Shown here: piece by piece, positions 57,985 to 64,000 of the stretch
Layout of the letters: every line of letters starts with the position of its first letter
How positions within the stretch are numbered: the first letter of the stretch is position 1
NCBI RefSeq assembly: GCF_017302975.1
Contig: NZ_JAFIMT010000003.1
DNA: 64,000 nucleotides
Reading direction: 5' to 3' (one strand)
Origin: Corallococcus exiguus
GTDB lineage: Bacteria; Myxococcota; Myxococcia; Myxococcales; Myxococcaceae
Translations under genes and position numbers: made by a program
Notes under the pieces: generated by a model
Seen by the model: the letters and a program-made list of their open reading frames with translations, nothing else
What the model was told of the DNA's origin: nothing
Databases searched by the model: none

Positions 57985-58234
57985 CGTAGCGTGCCTCCTC
58001 CTGGCGCTGCTTCTCCTCGGCCGCCAGACGCTGACGCTCGCGCGCCAGCCGGAACTCTTCCTTGAGGCTGGTGATCTCCCCCTTGAGCGAGTTGATGTCC
58101 TCCTTCACCGCTCGCGGGTGGCTTTCGCCAGCCGGGTCCTGATGGTTGCCCGCACGCTTGCCCTCCGAGCCGGCTCCACCGGAGGCGGTCATCTGCATCA
58201 ACAGCGCGGCCAGGGTCATCACCATCATGAGCAT
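57917..58234 (-). CDS. Small putative secreted coiled-coil protein
   Basis: It has a hydrophobic N-terminus (MLMMVMTLAALLMQMTA) then a charged coiled coil (KEDINSLKGEITSLKEEFRLARERQRLAAEEKQRQ). Its last 68 nt overlap the Smr ORF. Confidence 0.35.
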   Translation of the reverse strand: MLMMVMTLAALLMQMTASGGAGSEGKRAGNHQDPAGESHPRAVKEDINSLKGEITSLKEEFRLARERQRLAAEEKQRQEEARYGVTPKATPAPASGGSGAAAHAR

Positions 58235-58266
58235 TCACGTAAGCAAGCGCCGTGCTCGCGCGCAAG

Positions 58267-59325
58267 TCATGTTGCGTGAACGGCGCCTCTCTGGCCGCCC
58301 TCCTCCTTGTGTGACACGACGCGTTCGGCGAGCCGGACGGCGGACAGCGGGGCGCTCCCTTCCGCCTTGTTGTTGATGGTCACGAAGACGGGACGCTCGC
58401 GTCGCACCGCCGCCATGCACACGCGCGCCAGCACGTCGCGGGTGCCCACGTCCTCGTCCACCAGCCGGTTGAAGGGCGCATAGCGGGCGTAGGCCTCCTC
58501 GTAGCCGAGGTTCGGCGGCAGCATCCATCGCACCACCACGGCGCGGGCCTCGAATGCGCGCGTGAGCTTCGCCTGCCGCGCGACGGGCGGCATGTGGGCC
58601 CACACCGCGAGCACCGGGCTCACGCCCGTGTCCGCGAGCGCCTGCGCGAAGCCCTCCGTGAGCAGCTCCTCGTTGCGAACCTCCACCGCGTACAGCGGCC
58701 CCCGGGGCAACGCGGAGAAGAACGCGTGCAGCCGCTCCACGAAGCGGCCCGCGCCCCCCAGCGCCGCGGGGTCCTGCGGCGGGAACTGGAAGACGAGCGG
58801 CCCGGCCTTGTCGCCCAGACCCTCCATGAACGGCGCCACCACGTGGTCCACGGCGTAGGCCGCCTGGAGGAAGCGCTCGTTCACCTGCCCCCGGTTCGCG
58901 CCATAGCGATCGTGCACGGGGAAGCGCGCCAACGTGCAGGCCTCGTGGGCCTTCACCAGGAAGCGGAAGCCGTCCGGCACCTGCTGGGCATACTCAGCGA
59001 AGGTCGCGGCCGGCACCGGCGCGTAGAACGTCCGGTCGATGCCGACCGTGCGCAGCACCGGGTGGTGCGCGTAGGCGGCCAGGCCCTCGCGCGCCAGCTG
59101 GGTCGTACTGGCCTCATGGTCGTAGACGAGCCCGTTCCAACCCGGGAAGGTCCATGACGACGTGCCCAGGTAGACGCCGCGCGGGAGCTGCTCGCCCAAC
59201 ATGCGCAGGCTGTCGGACGGCTCGGCGGGCCCCACCGGCTGGGTCCTGCGCCGCGACGACGCGGGGGCTTCCTCCACCGCGCCGGTGAAGAGGTCGAACT
59301 GCGCGGGTCGTCGCGGTGCGCTCAT
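58267..59325 (-). CDS. DUF72-family protein
   Basis: It has the YLGTSSWTFPGW motif and the length and composition of DUF72 (TIM-barrel-like) proteins. Confidence 0.8.
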   Translation of the reverse strand: MSAPRRPAQFDLFTGAVEEAPASSRRRTQPVGPAEPSDSLRMLGEQLPRGVYLGTSSWTFPGWNGLVYDHEASTTQLAREGLAAYAHHPVLRTVGIDRTFYAPVPAATFAEYAQQVPDGFRFLVKAHEACTLARFPVHDRYGANRGQVNERFLQAAYAVDHVVAPFMEGLGDKAGPLVFQFPPQDPAALGGAGRFVERLHAFFSALPRGPLYAVEVRNEELLTEGFAQALADTGVSPVLAVWAHMPPVARQAKLTRAFEARAVVVRWMLPPNLGYEEAYARYAPFNRLVDEDVGTRDVLARVCMAAVRRERPVFVTINNKAEGSAPLSAVRLAERVVSHKEEGGQRGAVHAT

Positions 59326-59497
59326 GCGTGCAGCTCCTCTCCCACGTTGGGGCGGCGGGGGAACCCTGGGAGTAATCCCCGAGCCCAGACGATGCAGCAG
59401 GTTGCCCGGATTCTACGAGACGTTCCAGGTTTCCGGCACGCCCCCCAGGCGGACGGGCACGCACGGACAGTCCTCTTTCAACCACCACGGTATGTGA

Positions 59498-59513
59498 TTG
59501 GACCTTTGTCCAA
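59498..59513. promoter_or_regulatory. Palindromic operator-like site TTGGACCTTTGTCCAA upstream of the PAS-LuxR gene
   Basis: Perfect 6-bp inverted half-sites TTGGAC/GTCCAA flank a 4-nt T-rich spacer. It lies in an AT-richer intergenic region about 100 bp upstream of ATG 59611. A near-identical site occurs at 60681. Confidence 0.5.
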
Positions 59514-59610
59514 ATGCAAACGCAGTCGACTCGCTGTAAGCTATTTAAACCAAGAAATTCAGCATTACTCCTGTAAAGCTTGGACTGGATTGCAACGGCC
59601 GGGGGGCCTC

Positions 59611-60534
59611 ATGGACTGGTCGTTGACCGCATCGCTGCTCGCGGAGCGGGACACGCGGCCCATCGTCGTGATGGACCGGCGCGGCCGCATCGAGCTGGCG
59701 AACGGCGCGTTCACGTCGTTGCTGGGCCGACCCCGTGAGGAGTTGTTGGGGCGCCGCTGGACGGATGTCTGCACGCCACGCGAGCACGGACGCGAGGTGG
59801 GACAGGCGCTGCGAGCCATCTTCAGCAGCGCGGAGACGCGGCTGGAGACGGAGGTGCTCACGCGCGATGGCGAGCGGCTGTCGGTGGAACTGGACGTGGC
59901 CGCGGTGGGCCGCCCTCCCCTGCGCCTGGTGGCCATCATCACCCGCTCCGCCCCGCCCCTCTCCGTCCCCGAGCGCAACGTCGTCCCGGAGCCGATCCAG
60001 GCCCGCGGAGCACACCGGGACATGAGCTACGAAATCTCCACCGAGCTGTCGTCGTTCGGGACGCTCAAGGCGGTGTGGACGTCCGGGGAGGCGCGGCAGG
60101 AGGAGATGGTGGGCCGGCCGTGCTTCGGCGCCTTCGCCGACCGCGACGCGCCCTGTCTGGACTGTCCGCTGACGATGGCGGCGCCTGCCTCGTGGCCGCA
60201 CACCATCGTGAGGCAGGCCTCCGAGCATGCGGAGGGCTACGAGGTCGTCACCGCCACACCCACGGGCGCTGGCACCGCGCGTGTCAGCGTTCACACCATT
60301 GGAGATGAAACACTCAGCGGCCTCTTCGAAGCGAAGGTGCGGCGCATGGCGAACGCCGCGCGGCTGTCCGAGCGGGAAGGCGATGTGTTGCGATATCTCG
60401 CGCTCGGCCGCTCACCGACCGACATTTCGACCGTGTTAGGAATTACCGAGCGCACGGTTAAATTCCACCAGGCCAACCTTCTCCGGAAGCTGGGCGCGGA
60501 GACGCGATACGACCTGCTCCGCCTGTTCTTCTGA
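59611..60534 (+). CDS. LuxR/GerE-family transcriptional regulator with an N-terminal PAS-like sensor and a Cys-rich segment
   Basis: It has a C-terminal HTH EREGDVLRYLALGRSPTDISTVLGITERTVKFHQANLLRKLG and an N-terminal PAS-like region IVVMDRRGRIELANGAFTSLLGR...; it also has CFGAFADRDAPCLDCP. Confidence 0.75.
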   Translation: MDWSLTASLLAERDTRPIVVMDRRGRIELANGAFTSLLGRPREELLGRRWTDVCTPREHGREVGQALRAIFSSAETRLETEVLTRDGERLSVELDVAAVGRPPLRLVAIITRSAPPLSVPERNVVPEPIQARGAHRDMSYEISTELSSFGTLKAVWTSGEARQEEMVGRPCFGAFADRDAPCLDCPLTMAAPASWPHTIVRQASEHAEGYEVVTATPTGAGTARVSVHTIGDETLSGLFEAKVRRMANAARLSEREGDVLRYLALGRSPTDISTVLGITERTVKFHQANLLRKLGAETRYDLLRLFF

Positions 60535-60680
60535 TCAGGGCGCCTTCCCTCTGGGACAGCTTTCACGCCGTTGACTTTGGAGGATGCTGGGCTTTCGACT
60601 CCGGAGTCTTGTGGGTCGGGGGGGCCGTTGCCCATGGGCAGCGCCAGTCAATTCCGTCTCATCAAACACATACAGTCTGT

Positions 60681-60696
60681 TTGGACTTTTGTCCAA
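60681..60696. promoter_or_regulatory. Palindromic operator-like site TTGGACTTTTGTCCAA upstream of cheA
   Basis: It has the same half-sites and 4-nt spacing as the site at 59498, and lies about 45 bp upstream of the cheA ATG at 60740. Confidence 0.5.
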
Positions 60697-60739
60697 GGGC
60701 GTCCTGTCCGTGAGTGAAACTCCGGGCTGGGACGACGTG

Positions 60740-62878
60740 ATGCGGGAGTTCCTCCTCGAGTCTCGCGAGCACGTGCAGAGCATCGAGGCGACGGTGCTGG
60801 AGCTGGAGGCGCAGCCGGGCTCGCAGCCGTTGCTGGCGCAGCTGTTCCGGGCCCTGCACACCGTGAAGGGCACCTGCGGCTTCCTGGGCTTCAGCCGCCT
60901 GGAGGCGCTGATGCACGCCGCCGAGGAGATGCTCGGCCTGGCGCGCGACCGGCGTCTGGTGCTGGACCGCGAGCGCGTGTCCACGCTGCTGGCGGCGGCG
61001 GACGCGGCGCGCGGGACGCTGGAGCACATCGAGGCGACGGGCCTGGAGCCCGCGGTGGACCACTCCGCGCTGCTCGCTCGCATGGCGGGCGCGGCGGCGG
61101 GCTCCGCGCCGCTGGAGGTGTCCGAGCCGCTGACGCCTCCGGGCGCCGTGCCCTGGCGCGGCGCCGCGACCGGGGTGGACTCCAAGCTGCGCGTGGACGT
61201 GGCGCTGTTGGACCGGTTGATGAACCTGATGGGCGAGCTGGTGCTGGCGCGCAACCGCATCCTCCAGTGCGCGGCCTCGCCCACGCCGGGCGCGGACCTG
61301 CTCACCGCGTCGCAGCGGTTGGACGTCGTCACCACGCAGGTGCAGCAGGTGGTGATGAAGACGCGGCTCCAGCCGGTGGGCCAGGTGTGGAACCGCTTCC
61401 CCCGGCTGGTGCGCGAGCTGGCGCACGGGTGCGGCAAGCAGGTGCGTCTGCAATTGCAGGGCGCGGACACGGAGCTGGACAAGACCCTGGTGGAAGCACT
61501 GCATGATCCGCTCACCCACCTCTTGCGCAACGCCGTGGACCACGGCGTGGAGACGCCCGAGCAGCGTATGGCCGCGGGCAAGCCGCCCGTCGGGTGCCTG
61601 ACGCTGAGCGCGTCGCATGAGGGCGGGCTCGTGCACCTGGGCATGTCCGATGACGGCGCGGGCATCGACGTGCAGCGTGTGCGGCAGGTCGCGGTGCAAC
61701 GGGGACTGCTCACGGCCGACCAGGCGGCGCGGATGCCGGACGCGGACGCGCTGATGCTCATCTTCATGGCGGGCTTCAGCACCGCGGAGCGCGTCACGTC
61801 GCTGTCCGGCCGGGGCGTGGGCATGGACGTGGTGCGCTCGCAGGTGGAGCGCATTGGCGGCACCGTGGAGGTGCACAGCCGGCCCGGACAGGGCACGACG
61901 TTCACCCTGAAGATTCCCCTCACGCTGGCCATCATCCCGGCGCTGCTCGTCACCTGCCGGGGGGACCGCTACGCGCTGCCGCAGGCCTCCCTGCGGGAGG
62001 TGGTGTTCCTGGAGCCGGCCCAGGCGCGCAGGGACATCACCCGCATCCAGGGCGCGTGCGTCCTGCGGCTGCGCGGGGAGCTGCTCCCGCTGGTGGTGCT
62101 CGCCGCCGAGCTGGGCGTGGGGCCGGCGATGCCGGACCTGGACGAGGGCGCCACCGTCGTCGTGCTGCAGGCCGGTGAGCGCACCTTCGGGCTGTGGGTG
62201 GACGCCATCCACGACACGGAAGAGATTGTCGTCAAGCCGCTGTGGAAGCACCTCAAGGGGCTGGCCTGCTACGCGGGGGCGACGGTGCTGGGCGACGGGC
62301 GCGTGGCGCTCATCCTGGACGCCATGGGCCTGGGCCGCCGCGCGGGCATGGTCACCGAGGCGCAGGCCCAGGTCGTCATTCCGGAGGCCGCTCCGGATGC
62401 ATCGGCGCCGGAGGAGCCACGCGAACGGGTGCTGCTGTGCCGCAACGGCGCGGAGGGCCGCGTGGCCATCCCGCTGTCGCACGTGGCCCGGCTGGAGGAG
62501 CTGCCCGCGTCGGACATCGAGCGGCTGAGCGGAGGCATGGAGATGGCGCGCTACCACGGGCAGCTGCTGCCGCTGGTGCGCGTGGCGTCCGTGCTGGAGG
62601 CGAGGCCCGGCGCGACCGAGCGGATGGCGCAACACATCCAGGTCGCCCTGGGCGAGTCGCTGTCCGTCGTCGTCACCCAGCACGCGGACACGCGCGTGGG
62701 GCTGGTGGTGGACGCCATCCTCGACGTCGCGGAGGTGGAGCTCGCGCTCCAGTGGGAGACGCGCCGCCCGGGCGTGCTCGGCTCCATGGTGGTGCAGTCC
62801 CGGGCCACCGAGTTCCTGGACGTGGAGGGCACCGTGCGCGCCGTGCACCCGGAGCTGCTGACAGGCGGTGCGCCATGA
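60740..62878 (+). CDS. cheA: Chemotaxis histidine kinase CheA with two C-terminal CheW-like domains
   Basis: It has an Hpt domain (FRALHTVKGTCGFLGF), a dimerisation domain, HATPase (HLLRNAVDHGVE...GRGVGMDVV...GQGTTF) and two CheW-like domains at the C-terminus. An alternative GTG start at 60710 is possible. Confidence 0.85.
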   Translation: MREFLLESREHVQSIEATVLELEAQPGSQPLLAQLFRALHTVKGTCGFLGFSRLEALMHAAEEMLGLARDRRLVLDRERVSTLLAAADAARGTLEHIEATGLEPAVDHSALLARMAGAAAGSAPLEVSEPLTPPGAVPWRGAATGVDSKLRVDVALLDRLMNLMGELVLARNRILQCAASPTPGADLLTASQRLDVVTTQVQQVVMKTRLQPVGQVWNRFPRLVRELAHGCGKQVRLQLQGADTELDKTLVEALHDPLTHLLRNAVDHGVETPEQRMAAGKPPVGCLTLSASHEGGLVHLGMSDDGAGIDVQRVRQVAVQRGLLTADQAARMPDADALMLIFMAGFSTAERVTSLSGRGVGMDVVRSQVERIGGTVEVHSRPGQGTTFTLKIPLTLAIIPALLVTCRGDRYALPQASLREVVFLEPAQARRDITRIQGACVLRLRGELLPLVVLAAELGVGPAMPDLDEGATVVVLQAGERTFGLWVDAIHDTEEIVVKPLWKHLKGLACYAGATVLGDGRVALILDAMGLGRRAGMVTEAQAQVVIPEAAPDASAPEEPRERVLLCRNGAEGRVAIPLSHVARLEELPASDIERLSGGMEMARYHGQLLPLVRVASVLEARPGATERMAQHIQVALGESLSVVVTQHADTRVGLVVDAILDVAEVELALQWETRRPGVLGSMVVQSRATEFLDVEGTVRAVHPELLTGGAP

Positions 62879-63363
62879 GCGGCTTCCGCCAGATGTGCTC
62901 GTTCCAGGTGGGCGACCACCTGTTCGGTCTGGACATCGAACGCGTGCAGGAGATTTTGCTCCCACCCCCGCTCACGCGCGTCCCCGGCGCGCCTCCGGAA
63001 GTGGCGGGGCTGCTCAACCTGCGCGGGCAGATCGTCCCCGCCATCGACCTGCGCCGCCGTCTGGAATTGCCCGAAGGCACCGCCCCCGCGGACGCGCCCC
63101 ACGTCGTCCTGCGCGGCGACGAGGGCGCGGTGAGCCTTCGCGTGGATGCCATTGGCGACATCCTCCCCTTCGAGCAGTCGGACCTGGCGCCGCTGCCGGA
63201 CAACCTGCGCGGGCCGCTGCGCCCGTTCCTGCTGGGTGTCCACGCGCTGCCGGACCGGCTGCTGCTCGTGTTGTCCGCGGACGCGGTGGTGGACGGGCTC
63301 TCGCCCGCGTCCAGCGCTTCCGCCTCCCCTTCCTTCCCCGTGCTTCCCCAGGAGTCCCGCTGA
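62875..63363 (+). CDS. cheW: Chemotaxis coupling protein CheW
   Basis: It has a CheW fold (FQVGDHLFGLDIERVQEIL...GLLNLRGQIVPAIDLR). Its ATG overlaps the cheA stop (ATGA). Confidence 0.85.
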   Translation: MSGFRQMCSFQVGDHLFGLDIERVQEILLPPPLTRVPGAPPEVAGLLNLRGQIVPAIDLRRRLELPEGTAPADAPHVVLRGDEGAVSLRVDAIGDILPFEQSDLAPLPDNLRGPLRPFLLGVHALPDRLLLVLSADAVVDGLSPASSASASPSFPVLPQESR

Positions 63364-64000
63364 TGGCCCGCCCGACCGCGCCCGCCGTGAAAACCACCCT
63401 CTTCCAGCGCCTGGGCGGCAAGGCCCCCCTGACGGCCGCCGTGCAGAAGCTCTACGCGCGGGTGATGACGGACGCGCTGCTCAAGCCCTACTTCCGCCGC
63501 GCGGACATGATCCAGCTTCAGCGCCAGATGGTCGCGTTCCTCACCCAGCACCTGGGCGGGCCGGCCGTCTACAAGGGCCCGTCCATGCGCGACGTGCACG
63601 CGCGCATGGAGCTCAAGCCCCATCACTTCGGGCGCGTCGCCGAGCACCTGGCCACCGTGCTGGATGAGTTGGACGTGCCGGGCTCCGTCGCCCGCGAGCT
63701 GCTGGCCGCCGTGGGCACGTTGCAGGAGGACATCGTGAGCAGGCCCGCGGCGAAGGCCTCCTCCCGGACCGCCGCCGTGAAGCGCGCTCCGGCGCGTGCA
63801 TCCCGGACGGAGGGACGCCGGGTCGCCACGGCGTCCGCGCCCGCGGCCCGGTCCTCGCGCCGCCGCGCGCCCACGCCGCTCGAAGGCGCCCTGAGCGAGG
63901 CGGTGCTGGACGCGGCGAGCGTCAACCTGTTCATCCTGGACGCGGACCTGGCCATCGTCTTCTCGAACGCGTCCTCGTCGGAGGCCATCGAGCGCATCAG
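63363..64000 (+). CDS. Protein with a truncated-hemoglobin (2/2 globin) N-terminal domain; runs off the window end, so the C-terminus is missing
   Basis: The sequence TLFQRLGGKAPLTAAVQKLYARVMTDALLKPYF...QRQMVAFLTQHLGGPAVYKGPSMRDVHARMELKPHHF matches the trHb group I/II fold. It continues into an Arg/Ala-rich linker and a further domain beyond the window. It is not in the ORF track because there is no stop. Confidence 0.7.
   Translation, partial: MARPTAPAVKTTLFQRLGGKAPLTAAVQKLYARVMTDALLKPYFRRADMIQLQRQMVAFLTQHLGGPAVYKGPSMRDVHARMELKPHHFGRVAEHLATVLDELDVPGSVARELLAAVGTLQEDIVSRPAAKASSRTAAVKRAPARASRTEGRRVATASAPAARSSRRRAPTPLEGALSEAVLDAASVNLFILDADLAIVFSNASSSEAIERI

Overview
This is a 64 kb, roughly 70% GC chromosomal segment whose gene content and order look myxobacterial (Myxococcus- or Corallococcus-like). 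Most genes lie on the minus strand and many have 1-4 nt start/stop overlaps. From 5' to 3' the window holds: an O-antigen-type ABC exporter (wzm/wzt) with a GT2 glycosyltransferase running off the window start; two tandem tRNA-Gly(GCC) genes; pgsA; nadB; a rhomboid protease; a LOG-family gene; pyrE; the bactofilin operon bacN-bacO-bacP with the ParB-like padC; a large hybrid histidine kinase; tlyA-dxs-ispA-(CheY-like regulator)-xseB-xseA. At about 26.6-42.3 kb there is a long co-directional minus-strand cluster encoding a Tad/Flp-pilus-like apparatus: two FHA-domain proteins (one 1102 aa with 60-bp tandem repeats), TadC, TadB, CpaB, a candidate Flp-type pilin, an ECF sigma/anti-sigma pair, a DUF2085 protein, two ABC ATPases with no permease, two proteins carrying only a GspE N-terminal domain, and a lipoprotein. 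It is flanked by a divergent ExbB/ExbD pair. No TadA/CpaF ATPase, secretin or prepilin peptidase lies in the window. From memory, this synteny resembles the Myxococcus xanthus region carrying bacNOP-padC and the second 'Kil' Tad-like predation cluster, but I cannot verify that without alignments. The rest of the window encodes fatty-acid beta-oxidation enzymes (FadE, two MaoC proteins), a REC-HD-GYP phosphodiesterase, a HEAT-repeat/cyclophilin lipoprotein, MoxR/DUF58, a RapA-like SNF2 helicase, an Smr protein, DUF72, a PAS-LuxR regulator, and cheA-cheW followed by a partial gene with a truncated-hemoglobin domain. A 16-bp palindrome TTGGAC-N4-GTCCAA occurs upstream of both the LuxR gene and cheA. 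Many long antisense ORFs in the track are GC-driven artefacts and were ignored. In one stretch (about 24.1-24.9 kb) my hand-counted positions ran 1 nt lower than the ORF track; I used the track coordinates for CDS features.
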